Shown: positions 42,570 through 56,030 of the stretch, in pieces
How the letters are laid out: each line of letters opens with the position of its first letter
How positions within the stretch are numbered: the first letter of the stretch is position 1
Assembly (NCBI GenBank): GCA_012295275.1
Contig: CM022669.1
Coordinates: forward strand, 1,178,001 to 1,242,000
Length of the DNA: 64,000 nt
Origin: Chrysomallon squamiferum
Lineage: Eukaryota; Animalia; Mollusca
Direction: 5' to 3'
Translations under genes and position numbers: made by a program
Notes under the pieces: generated by a model
What the model saw: only the letters and a program-made list of their open reading frames with translations
Databases searched by the model: none
What the model was told of the DNA's origin: nothing

Positions 42570-42660
42570 TCAATGCGGAGAGGATTCGGCAGCGGCTCAG
42601 GGCGGTGTCGCTGATTGGCTGAGTGACTAAACCTATCGATCCGTGCAGGTAATCCGCTGA
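42570..42660 (+). promoter_or_regulatory. Promoter-like patch; possible alternative start of the collagen-domain gene
   Basis: gggcgg (42600-42605), a full NF-Y consensus gctgattggctg (42610-42621), then a donor-like CAG|gtaatc at 42648/42649. Confidence 0.3.
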
Positions 42661-43419
42661 TCAAATACAGTTAAATTTCACTGTAACTTAAGACACAGCG
42701 ACTGGGACGACGCAGTCGACTTCGTGCTTTCACATACCACGCAGTGAATATCATTACACGTGGACAGCCGCATCAAGCCGACAACTGAAACTGAGCTTTT
42801 ATCTTAGCAGTTCACGTAGTTGTTAATCCGTCACTACATGCTGTAATTCCGAGTTGACGATGCAGGTTGACGATGGTTGTTGTTGTTGATATCAGTATGA
42901 CGTAGTAATAAACATGTAATAAACGATGGTTGTGGTTGTGATAGTGTACTATTACTACTGTTATTATTACTATAATTATTTCTACTACTACTACTACTAC
43001 TACTATCATTATTATTATTACTATTATTTTTTATTATTATTTTATTGTTGTTATTGTTATTCTTGTTCTTCTTCTTATTATTATTATTATTATTATTATT
43101 ATTTGTCTAACTGTTGCTGTTTTAGTTCTTGATTAATAATAAATAACTTTAAAGCAGTACAATTATGTCTGTCTACAAAAACTGGTAATTCTATGGCGAT
43201 TTATTGTAAAATCTGTAATTTCTGATAATGTTCATTCCAAATGTTCACATCACCAGTGTAGATGTTATAGTGTCTGTGAGTACAAGGAATCTACAGTACC
43301 TAGTGATAAAAGGCGCACGACAGGCGTGTTTGAATCTGTCGTTGAAATCACGTCAATAACGTGTAAGTAATTATGGTTACGTATTTGTTCTAATTTTGCT
43401 TTTCGCCGAGAACTAGATA

Positions 43420-43592
43420 TTGAGTCTTGACAGGATTATTGAACACTGGCAAAGTTATTAAAAGTTGACATAATTAATGAATGTTGACATAGATATTTAA
43501 TACTGACAAAATTATCGACATGTTGACAAAGTTATTGAATGCCGACAGAGTTGTTGAGTGCTGATAAAGTTTTAAATGTTGACAAAGTATTA
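43420..43592. repeat. Degenerate ~19-bp tandem repeat (ttgacaaagttattgaatg)
   Basis: tgac/gtt core recurs with a ~19-bp period. Confidence 0.6.
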
Positions 43593-43724
43593 AAGAAAAG
43601 GAGTATGAATATAGAGAGTAAGGGATGTCTGTGATGAAATGGTAGGAAACATTCCAGGTATTTTTGTTTGAAAGAAACTGCTACTTCGGTGTTATAGTCT
43701 TCCTTGTCTTTTCATCCGGGCAAA

Positions 43725-43805
43725 ATCACTTGTAGAGATGACTTGTAGAAAAGTGACTTGTCGGAAAGTGACTCGGAGAAAAGTGACTTGTAGGAAAGTG
43801 ACATG
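43725..43805. repeat. ~15-bp tandem repeat gtgacttgtagaaaa, ~5 copies
   Basis: Directly visible. Confidence 0.7.
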
Positions 43806-43988
43806 TCCAGCTGAAGAATCACGTGAACACAGTGTAATCTCAGCACTGTGTTCATGACAGAACGAAGTGAGGCTTTTCTAGTGAAATCTCAGTATGAATC
43901 ACTTCTGTCATTTGTTCCTAGTACCTACAAAATGTCCTGTGCTACCTTAAACACACGCCTAGGGTTCATAAAACATGCTTGTTAAAAC

Positions 43989-45248
43989 AAATATCATTAC
44001 TTTAGTGTAATTCAGTATTAAATATCATTACTTTAGTGTAATTCAGTATTAAATATCATTACTTTAGTGTAATTCAGTATTTCAATTAAATATCATTACT
44101 TTTGTGTATTTCAGTGTTAACTATCATTACTTAAGTGTAATTCAGTATTAAATATCATTACTTAAGTGTATTTCAGTGTTAAATACCATTAGTGTATTTC
44201 AGTGTTAAGCATCGTTACTTTAGGGTTTATCAGTGTTAAATATCATTAGTTAAGTGTATTTCAGTATTAAGCATCATTACTTTAGTGTAATTCAGTGTTA
44301 GGTATCGTTAACTAAGTGTACTTCAGTATTAAATATCATTACTTAAGAGTATTTCAGTGTTAGATATGAATACTTTAGTGTATTTCACTATTAAGCATCA
44401 TTACTTTAATGTAAACATGATTACTTTAGTGTATTTCAGTGTCAAATATCATTAATTTCCTGTATTTGAATGTTAAATATCATTATTATAGTGTATTTCA
44501 GTATTAAATATCAATACTTTAATGTATTTCAGGGTTAAATAACATTAGTGTATTTTTGTAATAAATATCATGACTAGTATATTTCAGCATTAAATATAAT
44601 TGATTTAGTGTATTTCAGTGTTAGATATGATTACTTTAGTGTATTTCAGTATTAAACATCATTTTATGATTATTATTACTTTAGTGTATTTTAGTATTAA
44701 AATGTTCATTATTTTAGTGTAAATTTTTACTTTAGTTTTTTAGTGTCAAATATTATTACTTTTGTGTATTTTTTAGTGTTAAATATTTTTACTTTTGTTA
44801 GTGGAAAACAAATTCAATACTTTAGTGTAAAATGTTATTACTTTTGTGTATTTCAGTGCTAAATATCTTTACTTTGGTGTATTTCAGTGTTAAATATGAT
44901 TACTTTAGTGTATTTCAGTGTTAAATATGATTACTTTGGTTATTTCGGTGATAAATATCATTGCTTTGATGTAGTTTAGCTTTAAAACAAATATCATTAA
45001 TTAAGTGTATTTCAGTATTAAATATCATTATTTTTGGTGTATTTTAGTGTTAAATATGATTACTTTAGTGCATTTTAGTGTTAAATATGATTACTTTAGT
45101 GTATTTTATTGTTAAATATCATTACTTTAGTGTATTTTAGTGTTAAATATGATTACTTTAGTGTATTTTAGTCTTAAACATCAATACTTTGGTGTAGTTT
45201 AGTGCAAAATCAAATATCATTATTTTAGCTAGTTTGATGTTAAATATC
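43989..45248. repeat. Diverged minisatellite: 31-bp unit aaatatcattactttagtgtatttcagtgtt (~40 copies)
   Basis: Period 31 (43991, 44022, ...), with more divergent copies in the middle of the array. Confidence 0.9.
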
Positions 45249-45722
45249 AGAAGGAGAAAACAAAAATGAATTGAGGGTAAATAAATAAATAAATAACTAA
45301 ATATAAAATAAATATAATTAAATATAATTAAAAAGAAAGATGAAGAAACATCACTAGAATGACAGAAAAATTAAATGTATCACTATGTGCTATATATGTG
45401 TGTGTTTGTGTGTGTGAGTGTGTTTGTGTGTTCAGATACAATGAATTAGAAAACAATTATTTCAAATAAACTGCAGAAAACAAAAATAAAAATTCACTCA
45501 ATACTTTTAATAAAATAGTTATAACAGACAACGATCTGACATCAGGGGCGTATAACTCTATTTCACTAAACGCATAAAACCATTTAATTTGATCATAAAA
45601 AAAATGTTTGGAAGTCGCTGAGGCGCGGAGGACGCGACAGTGATATTTCTAGCTGTCTGCCGTCATACACAGCGGCACGACCACGGCTCTGACAGCTAAT
45701 CAACAGTACATTAAAAGACGCT

Positions 45723-45740
45723 TGCAGCGCCCTCTATTGA
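45723..45740 (-). promoter_or_regulatory. CTCF-like motif ~1 kb upstream of the first coding exon
   Basis: Reverse complement TCAATAGAGGGCGCTGCA versus consensus CCACTAGAGGGCGC, within a CpG-rich patch at 45615-45740. Confidence 0.45.
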
Positions 45741-46565
45741 TCAGGGAAAATGGAGAATAAACAGACCGTTATGTCACAGATTAATGTCATCTCTATTTTC
45801 TCAGCAGCTTCCGTCGTGAAGTACTCGTTCAGATACTGGCCACCTTTACTTACTAGAAAAAATAAGGAGAGAAAAAAAGAGAAAAAAAGAAGAGTAAAAT
45901 GAGAAATATGACAGGACGTCTAGGGTTGTGAAAAGATGAAGTGATATGTCTGTGGGGAGCGATGTTGTGACAGTCGTATGCACTGGACCTCGGCGACGTT
46001 GTAATCATTTCACTAGGTCATTACCGTATCATCATCCCTTGTCGTTATTATTGTTGTTGTTATTACTATTCTTCTTCTTCTTCTTCTTCTTATTATTATT
46101 ATTATTAGTAGTAGTAGTATTATTAGTATTATTATTATTACTACTTTGGTATGAGACGGGCTAGGTTTTTTTGAACATCACTGTCAGTTTGTATAAATTG
46201 AACAGAAAGAGGAAGGTCTCAATATTAAATTTATTTTAGAAACCGTCTGCAAATGTCGCTGTGGGATCTCTTAGCAGCTGAACTATATGAAATTAGAAAT
46301 AACGTTATTACTGGCGACCTCTCACGTTTATGTAGGACTCAGTTCAACTCGGGTATGTCCCCAGATATGTACAATATTGTCAGCGTTTAGATCACGTGAC
46401 TGCATCAGTTTGGAAACTACAGCCACAGTTAACCAGTTTGTGTAAATTCTTCCATTTTAATAATTATAATTTTCTCCTCTTGCTAGTACTACGTCTGTTA
46501 CAACACATTTTGCTTCAACTACTTTTGGAACAATTATTATTATATTACTACACAGTGTTACAACC

Positions 46566-46715
<150 letters not shown>

Positions 46716-46767
46716 ATCTATATCTATCTATATATATCGTTAACATTAATTTCCTTCTAATTTCAGG

Positions 46768-47142
46768 ATGGCTGCATTACAAAATACCGATCGGAACAGG
46801 AAACAGTTTGTTGCCAAAGACAACAGATGTTTATATCTTCACATTTTCGTGCTTTATCTCATCACAGTCATTCTGGCGAGTGTTTTCAGTGTGGCGTCTT
46901 GGTTTTACTACCAGCAGCTGAGCGAAGTGAAGCTGGCGGTGTCCAGGTGCTGGTCTGGTTTTAATTACTCTCAGTTTAAAAGTTTCGTGGAGGAGCCCTC
47001 ACTGGCAGGCAGTGCCTTCAACGACTATCTTGCTGGTGCTTTCACAAATAGTGGAGGGAGTGTCAAAGACAGAAAAAAACGAAGTGTTCTAACGGAAGCA
47101 GACGAAAAAAAGTTATTCTGGCTTGCCGTTCTGAAAGAAAAT
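46768..47142 (+). CDS. First coding exon of a type II transmembrane, furin-shed collagen-domain protein (colmedin/gliomedin- or MACIT-like)
   Basis: Acceptor ttccttctaatttcag|G at 46766/46767, ATG at 46768, donor AAT|gtaagt at 47142/47143 (phase 0). The 125 codons give a short basic N-tail (MAALQNTDRNRKQFVAKDNR), a hydrophobic helix (LYLHIFVLYLITVILASVFSVASWFYY), a stalk, and a furin motif RKKR|S (47071-47082, aa 102-105). It is the only long non-repetitive, protein-like ORF in the window. Confidence 0.88.
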
Positions 47143-47589
47143 GTAAGTTTTGTGTAGTCAGATGATTATATCTTGTTTCAGAAACAATAGTTGTAGAACA
47201 ACACGATAGCGGTCAAATTATTAATTTTCAAATTGTATATTTCGTAAAATAATTAGAAAAAGTATAATAATAACACCCTGTAAGACTAAAATCCTGTAAC
47301 CAAAATAACACATTATTAAGTATTTCTTTTTGAGGCTTAAAATTTTCAAAACGTGGACTTTTCTGTTACTTCTACCGTAAACAAGTTGACAAATGGCCAC
47401 ACAGTAATGGTTGACATTTGCTAAACTGACATTTTGTCCGTTGACATATAAAAGAGTGCCATTTTTTTCGTTGCCATATTAACCATTTTCGTTTTGTCCT
47501 TCGGCATTTTGTTTGCACCACGAATATAATATTACAGATTAAAACCTTTAACAGTCATAAATGCTCATATTTATGTGTATGAATATGAA

Positions 47590-47621
<32 letters not shown>

Positions 47622-47626
<5 letters not shown>

Positions 47627-47707
47627 CTGACGAGATTCGAGCGTATGGCTCTCATTCGCCCGCAGTGTGAAGGCGGACGACGTTACCGTTCAACCAGCAC
47701 GACAACC
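47622..47707 (-). mobile_element. Degenerate copy of the same tRNA-derived SINE head
   Basis: The reverse complement GGTTGTCGTGCTGGTTGAACGGTAACGTCGT...GAGAGCCATACGCTCGAATCTCGTCAGCGGCAT aligns colinearly with 57166-57251 (GTTGTCTTGATGGCCGAGTGGTATCGTCGT...GAGTGCCACACGTTCGAGTCTCTTCGGCGGCAT). Flanked by microsatellites. Confidence 0.6.
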
Positions 47708-49529
47708 TTGTGTATGTGTGTGTGAATGTGTGTGTATGTGTATGTGTGCGTAATGTGTGTATATGTGTATGTGTGCGTATGTGTTTGTGTATGTATGTAT
47801 GTGTGTATATGTATATATACATGTGTGTGTACGTGTGTATGTGTTTGTGTATGTATGGATGTGTGTATATGTGATTATGTATGTATGTGTGTTTGTGTAC
47901 GTGTGTGTATGTGTATATGTATATGTATGTATATGTGTGTACGTGTGTATGTGATTGTGTATGTATGTGTGGATATGTGTATGTATGTGTGTTTGTGTAC
48001 GTGTGTGTATGTGTGTATGTGTTTATTTATTTATGTATATATGTATGCATATGTGTGTATGTATGTGTGTGTGTGTGTGATTGTGTGCATGTGGGTGGGT
48101 GTTAGTTTACTTCATTAGTAAACCATATTGTAATTTTCGTTTCACAATCAGATACATATAACACAATACAACCAGTTAGATTGGTGACCTGCTCGCAGTG
48201 GCCTGTAGAAAATTGCTATTTTATTAATCAAGTAATTTTATATTGGGCTTCATGCAGAGTCCTACGGCTCGCTGGCTCTGTTAATTAGCAGCTGATAGGA
48301 TAAACAAGTTTACAACTTCAGTGCTTCATACATTTACAAGATGTGCAGTTTTTATGTGTAAATACTTACACAGTTTCTTGTTAGCGGGTCGTAGATTGAG
48401 GCACGGGATCGAGTCCTGTAGCCGACTTAGTGACGCACTTTGGTTCATGTGCTATTTTTGTCTCTCTGCCTCCGTCTCTCTCTTTCTCTGTCAGGTGAAT
48501 TTCTGTCTCTAAGCAGCGAAGGAGAAATTTTTTTTTTTTTAAATTAAAATAAAATGTGAAAATAGAAATGTGCACTGCTATTCCTGAACGCTGTTCACTG
48601 CTGGGAGGTTGCGCTGTGGCAAAGACGAGATTATTAAACGTTTAATTACGACTCGTTTCCCTCCTCCCCCTCATCAGCTTTGTATCAGTGATATCGATTC
48701 TTTTTATCATCTTCTTAACTTCACTTCATCATCCTATTCAGCTGTAACCATCATCATTATCTTTTAATTCATATATCGTATCCTTTCTCTCCATCTTCGT
48801 CTCCGTAACGCCCTCTTCTTTTATTAATTTCCTCCTGAGTGCTGTGAGCACTTCCTCTCGTGGACTTTGGCGCTACAACTTTGTACTATTTTTCTTGCTC
48901 TGTCTTCCTTTCACGGGCATTGTATGCCTGATTTCCTCTAAGTAAACTTTTTGAGCTTTTCCGTTAGTGCTGAATGCACAATAATTGGGTTTGAAAGCCG
49001 TACGGCATCAACTGTTTACCTTGCTAACGAAATAAAATTCTCGCTATTTACCCATAAGGCAGCAGCAGATAGTCCCTGACCCTGTTCGATTACTGTTTAT
49101 TTGCGGACGGAATGACGTCGCCTGTGGAGAGATTTTGGAAAAGAAGAATTTTTTTTTTTTTTTATCAAGCCTAGAGGTGTTGTGATGTCGTTCATTTGAT
49201 TTCTTTTGACATGCGCATCGAAATATTGATTAAACTGATAAAAATCATTGTTAGGCTTTTAAAAGAAAAGCAAACATGAAAAAAGACGAAGGGTTGAAGA
49301 ACAGCGTTAGATACTGTCCAATGTCTGCAGAAAATTCACTCAAATAAAACAGTTCTACAATGAGAGTAATAATGAACAATCTACCTTTCAACGACTAACT
49401 TCAATAAATAAATACATAAATAAATAAATAAAAAGTAGTATAAATATCTCACACATCACTTAATCCAGATTATTAATTTTCTGTAAAAACTGTTTCGGAT
49501 GTTTTGTTTCTTTTGTCTGACAGGACTAC

Positions 49530-50279
49530 GTTAGTATGTTAGAGACTCTTCTGTCTCATAAGATGATGTTAGTATGTTACAGACTCTTCTGTCTCATAAG
49601 ATGATGTTAGTATGTTAGACTCTTCTGTCTCATAAATGATGATGTTACTCTTCTGTCTCATAAGTGATGTTGGTATGTTACAGACTCTTCTGTCTCATAA
49701 GATGATGTTAATATGTTACAGACTCTTGTTAGTGTTTTAGAGACTCTTCTGTCTCATACAATGATGTTAGTATGTTACAGACTCTTCTGTCTCATAAGAT
49801 GATGTTAGTATGTTACAGACTCTTCTGTCTCATAAGATGATGTTAGTATGTTACAGACTCTTCTGTCTCATAAGATGATGTTAATATGTTACAGACTTTT
49901 CTGTCTCATTAGTAATGATGTTCATAAGATGATGTTGGTATGTTACAGACTCTTCTGTCTCATAAGATGATGTTAGTATGTTACAGACTTTTCTGTCTCA
50001 TACAATGATGTTAGTATTTTAGAGACTCTTCTGTCTCATAAGATAATGTTAGTATGTTACAGACTCTTCTGTCTCATAAGATGATGTTAGTATGTTACAG
50101 ACTCTTCTGTCTCATACAATGATGTTAGTATGTTACAGACTCTTCTGTCTCATACAATGATGTTAATATGTTACAGACTCTTCTGTCTCATACAGTGGTG
50201 TTAGTATGTTACAGACTCTTCTGTCTCATACGATGATGTTAGTATGTTACACTCTTCTGTCTCATATGATGATGTTAGT
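49530..50279. repeat. Minisatellite: 38-bp unit gttagtatgttacagactcttctgtctcataagatgat (~19 copies)
   Basis: Directly visible; intronic. Confidence 0.95.
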
Positions 50280-51154
50280 TATAAAACTAGTTACAGAGCA
50301 GAGATGTTGTGAACGTTATAAGTAGTTCTGTGTTGTAGTTGACACTAAGACACGGTCTGCCGATGACTTCGCCAAAGTGTTAGCTAGACTGATTGAAATT
50401 AGAAAAAATACATCGTCTGAAACAGAAATATAACGTGTTATTTGAGTACTTTCACATAGGCGAGCTTCTTGTTTTTTTTTTTTTTTTGTTGATTACTTTG
50501 CTTCTTCTGCCCTTTTCAAACGGAAATTATTTGCTGTGGGCCTCAGTGTCTCTACTATATATTTCTCACATACTTTTTTTTTTTTTTTTTGTTAATCGTG
50601 GTCTGCGTCGTGTTTTTTCTTGTGTCTCGTTTTCAACACACTTTTCAGTTGTTACAGACTGTATTACACTTTGAACTCTGTTCAGAGAACAAGGTCCTGG
50701 GATCGAATACAACTCGCTACTCAGATCTGATTTATGAAGTATTTCTGTTAAAAATGTGTTAATCTCACTAGAGTCTGAGTGCAGTTTTTACAATGACAGT
50801 TAAAACACAGATAACACTGACAGTATCGAAACTGCTAAACATATGTCATCATCAGTTTCATCATAGACAACACATACCAACAGACAACACATACCAAAGC
50901 AAAAGTGCATACTTAGACACACACACACATACACAAATACATAACCAACCACACATACATACACACACACATAGGTACACACAAACATAAATATATACTC
51001 ACACATTCAAACAGACAAAACACAGATACACACATAGAAACAGATTCATAAACCCACAGACAGTATATAAAACACTGAGAGGCTGACTGTTATAATAATT
51101 ATTCGTTTCTTATTGCAATATTTCAAATAGAAAAAAAATTGTAAAACTAAGCTG

Positions 51155-51871
51155 CGTGTAATTGAGACTGTGTTGTCAACATAATTAGTGAAACACGTGT
51201 AAAAGTGGCCTATGTGTAATTCAAACTGTGTTGTCAACATAATTTGTGAAACACGTGCAAAAGTGGCCTATGTGTAATTCAGATGTGTTGTCAACATAAT
51301 TAGTGAAACACGTGTAAAAGTGGCCTATGTGTAATTCAGACTGTGTTGTCAACATAATTTGTGAAACACGTGTAAAAGTGGCCTATGTGTAATTCATAAT
51401 TAGAAACACGTGTCCAGACTGTGTTGTCAACATAATTAGTGAAACCAAGCACGTGTAATTCAGACTGTGTTGTCAACATAATTAGTGAAACACGTGTATA
51501 AGTGGCCTATGTGTAATTCAGACTGTGTTGTCAACATAATTAGTGAAACCAAGCTACGTGTAATTCAGACTGTGTTGTCAACATAATTAGTGAAACACGT
51601 GTATAAGTGGCCTATGTGTAATTCAGACTGTGTTGTCAACATCAAAAAGTGGCCTGTGTTGTCAACATAATTTGTGAAACACGTGTAAAAGTGGCCTATG
51701 TGTAATTCAGACTGTGTTGTCAACATAATTAGTGAAACCAAGCTACGTGTAATTCAGAGTGTGTTGTCAACAGAATTAGTGTACACGTGTAAAAGCGGCC
51801 TATGTGTAATTCAAACTGTGTTGTCAACATAATTAGTGAAACACGTGTAAAAGTGGCCTATGTGTAATTCA
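51155..51871. repeat. Minisatellite: 58-bp unit aattcagactgtgttgtcaacataattagtgaaacacgtgtaaaagtggcctatgtgt, with a shorter variant
   Basis: Directly visible, about 13 units. Confidence 0.9.
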
Positions 51872-53139
51872 CTGTTTCAATAACGTCTGGTGTGAAATGT
51901 TTACGGGACCTGGCAATGTTTACAAGTTAAAACAACTCTGGTCCCATTTCGATTAGTCTTTGTTTGATGACAATCGCCAATCGATGGATTTAGCACATGA
52001 GCTTTAAGCAGCAAAGCGTTGCTCTGAGAAACCAGACTAAGATACTGAAACAGCATTCTTTTTGTTTTTAACCTTTGTTACTTTTTTATAAAGAAAAAAA
52101 AAGTATAGACAACAATAACTTTATATAGCTAACTGATCTGAAAACTATTTATGTTTTATTTGCTGTTCTTTTCTTTCTCTGTCTCTCTCTGTTTATCTCT
52201 CTATCTTTCTTAAAATACCGTAGTATTGTATAAAATGAGGTTTTGCTTCAGAGAGTTCATTGCTTTCAGTGTTTTTCTTTTGTTCTTTTACTAAAATCTT
52301 GTTATTTTTCTGTCTGTTGGAGATGTTTTGACAGTTACATAAAGTGAGTGCCGCGGATTTCCTGTTAGAAATTTTTTTTTTTTTTTTTTTTTTTGAAGGA
52401 AAGATACAACTAATATTGAAATATTTTCGTTAACCAACATACACTGATGTATGTGTTCAACAAACGATCAACAGTGTCGAAAACAGTCTTTTTTTTTTTA
52501 ATAATATAAATACCATAAATATCGACTAAAACATTTTGGTAAACAATTACTAACATTAAATGTTTGTACAACATAGAATACTGCTACATTACTTTAAATA
52601 GAACAATATGTACGTAAAGTTATTTGCTACATAAAAACAAAATATATCAGCAAAGTGTTACATGTGTTAGATACAAATATCGGCACCGCATTTCGACTAA
52701 AATATGCAATTACTGTCCAGTGAAAAGTAGCGTCATGTGTAGACGTCAGTCACTAAACACGACCGCACTCTGTTGTAGAAATATGTACACCACTCATTGC
52801 TTACGTATATTAAATATTGCGGGTAATCTGTCATGTTTCTAACACCAAAAATTAATATGCCATACAGAATTGAATACCATTATATACTAGATGTTTTGGT
52901 TGTGCCCAGAATACAAACATTAATAAGACTGTTTTTTTTTTTTTTTTTTTTTTTTTTTGTACTGAAACCATCTAACATGCAGAATTAAATACATTCATGT
53001 GACAACATGCTAACGTAGTTTTAGCAGAATGTACTGAAACCATCTAACATTCAGTGTCATGGAATATTACAATGGAATACCTTGTTTTTAACACTGAGTT
53101 CTGAGAAAACATAACTGTTTTCTTTACATATTATCATGC

Positions 53140-53600
53140 AGTAACGACCACAATAACAGCATGTTGTTTTAACACAGTACAATACATTATAGTCACATGT
53201 TTTTAACAGACCACAATACATTATAGTTTTTAACATGTGTTTAATAACATAACACAAATGCAATATAGTCACATTTTTTAAACCACAATACATTATAGTC
53301 ACATGTTTTTAACAGACCACAATACATTATAATCACATTTTTTTAACAGACCACAATACAATACATTGTATAATCAGATGTTTTTGACAGACCACAATGC
53401 AGTATAGTCACATGTTTTTGACAGACCACAATACATTATAATAACATGTTTTTAACAGAACACAATGCAGTATAGACACATTTTTTTAGCAGACCACAAT
53501 GCAATATGGTCACGTGTTTTTAACAGATCAAAGTACAATATGGTCACGTGTTTTTAACAGATCAAAGTACAATATGGTCACATGTCTTTAGCGTATCACA
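53140..53600. repeat. Diverged minisatellite: 34-bp unit gtcacatgtttttaacagaccacaatacattata
   Basis: Period 34 (e.g. 53511, 53545). Confidence 0.85.
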
Positions 53601-55227
53601 ATGCAAAATTATTACGTGTTTTTTTCTCAGAATTTTAAGTGAACTGTAATATTGTTTATTTCTGTCGGTTCTGAGCAGACTGCTATAATAATTAATTACA
53701 ATTAATTAACAAATAACAATATTATTTGCCATATTAATACCACACTCGTATGGTAACTGTATGAGAGTTGTGAAACACAGATGGAGGTGAACACAATCAG
53801 GGTGTGTGATATTTGTGTTGTTTGGGTGGCTGGTACAGGGGACAAATTGCATTTCGGACCTCCCTCGGGCCTCTTTCACTCGCAGCCTTTGCAAATTGCA
53901 GTCTGTCTCGGATATTTACTTTCGTCAAGGGACCAATCAAATCGTGCCGCGTCAAAACGAGACGAAGCGTGTTAAACATAGTTTGAAACAGATGAACGTG
54001 CGACGTCTGTCTGTCTCTGCGGGTTTCAACTAAATCTCCTGAAAAAATAACTACACGTTATTATTACTATTATTATTATTAATATTATTATTATTTTTAT
54101 TTTTTTTTTTTATTATTATTATTATTAAAAGTCGTGTCGTTGTTTTTAAATTATTATATGTTTAATTAATAACATTCTCTTACATTTTTCCATATTAAAT
54201 ATTCACTATCATACATTTTTATTTATTTATTTATTATTTTTATTTTATTGTTTTTTTTTGCTGCTGCTGTTGTTTGTTGTTGCAGCTGTTATCCCATAAA
54301 CACAATGGAGATATTTTTGAATTACGTTGTGTCTGATGAATTACGTCGCAAACACACGAGCAGTTGATGACAAGGTATTTTGTATTGACAGACATTAAAG
54401 AATGGTGTTGCTGACGTTACTCAACACCCGATGACGTGTTTTTCCTTTCTTCTCTCTTTCCTCTGTTTTTATTTTCTGTTATCACTCGATATTTCCACAA
54501 TCTTGTTTGTGATTTTTGAGATGCTGAAGTTAAAACTTCATTGATGTTGGTAATTAACCCTCGAGGTAAAGACAGAATTGTGTTACTGAACTGGTGACTT
54601 GCGCAGTTTCCCCCCCAAAGCGTTGATAAATAACACCTACGTAATAACTTCTCCTTCCTCCCCGGGGTCGGGGCGGGTCATTGTCATTTCCCATCAATTT
54701 CAGAGTCACGCGTTACAGCTGTAAAGAACTTCTGCCTAACGTCAGGCCGGTAATAATATATTTTATTAACTTTAAGTTCTGCTGGCAATTTCGTGCTTGG
54801 AAACACGATTTCCACGCACCCTAAACACACATTAATATTATTTCATAATGCTGTAATAAAATTCTGAACAGTTTTAACTCAGAGTGAACGAAATTTAACT
54901 TGTAATAAAACAAATATTGATATTTTGTCTTTCTAATCGTATGGGCGGCTTGTTGTGGGATAAATAGCGGCCAGTGCGGTTATTCTTGTATTTAAAGTCT
55001 CGAGATTTCAAACAAAGTTAATCTGGCAATAATTTTCATAAAGAGTTTTGAGAATGCTTCTTTATCAAGTGGTTTTAATAAAACAAGATATCACTGTCGC
55101 GTCTTGTCTACAGACAGACGACGAAAAGCTGGGGGTGGAGGGTGTGTCGCGTTCGTGTATTTTGTGTTAGTTTTTATCGCCTTTGTTTTATTAGTGGCCT
55201 CCACACAAAACAACAAACACAGAGTGA

Positions 55228-55331
55228 GTTGAGATCAGCACCCCTCGATCTCAACATCGACTCGACCTGACACTGAGAATGTGTTGAGATCAGCTCCCCT
55301 CGATCTCAACATGGACTCAACCTGACACTGA
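55228..55331. repeat. Two-copy 55-bp tandem duplication, each copy with a hairpin
   Basis: gttgagatc-N10-gatctcaac followed by cctgacactga, starting at 55228 and 55283. Confidence 0.85.
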
Positions 55332-55966
55332 CGCGAACTCAATTTCATGTATATTGTTTCTTTTTTTCTTTCTTTCTTTTTTTTTTTTTTTTTTTTTATT
55401 TTAACTGTGTTTTTACTTGTATATTACACTGCGTCCTGGAGACATTTTACTTAAAATAATAAATTATTTTTATAAGAGTAAATTGACAATCAGAAGTAAT
55501 GAAGACGAGTAATGAAATCGGACGTATAACCGAGTTAAAGTATTTATCGTAATGGAAAATGAATGCCAGATGACAACGTGAAATATCATATTTTATTACA
55601 CACCGCCTTCATACATCTCCAGCTAAAACGAAACCATCGTCACTCCAAATGACTATCCTTGGGTTATTTTCATTTTATATTATATTTAACAACAAATTTC
55701 TTTTTTATTGCGTATCACAGAGACAGAAATAACATTTATTTCAGTGTATCATTTTACCATTATTTCTCAATCAGATAAATTCATTATATTTGGCATTTCT
55801 TCATATAGATACCTACATACATAGTTTCCCCCCCACAAACCTATACAGAGTCCCCCAACACAATCACATACATGCAAACAATAGCTGCCTCATATATCTG
55901 TTTGTCAGTGTATAGATTGTCTAAGTCATGTAGTAAGTAATGATAAACATTTTTGTTTTCTTTCAG

Positions 55967-56030
55967 TCTCTCGCTTTGCACAGTTACTGCCGAAGGGCGA
56001 AAGAGTACTGTTCAGCAGAAGGACAACCAG
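55967..56030 (+). CDS. Second coding exon: Cys pair and start of collagen Gly-X-Y (SLALHSYCRRAKEYCSAEGQP-G)
   Basis: Acceptor tttttgttttctttcag| at 55966 and donor CCAG|gtaaat at 56030/56031. The 64 nt have a phase 0 start that matches the previous exon and a phase 1 end whose G would begin a Gly codon, as is common in collagen genes. Missed by the ORF track because it is short. Confidence 0.82.
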
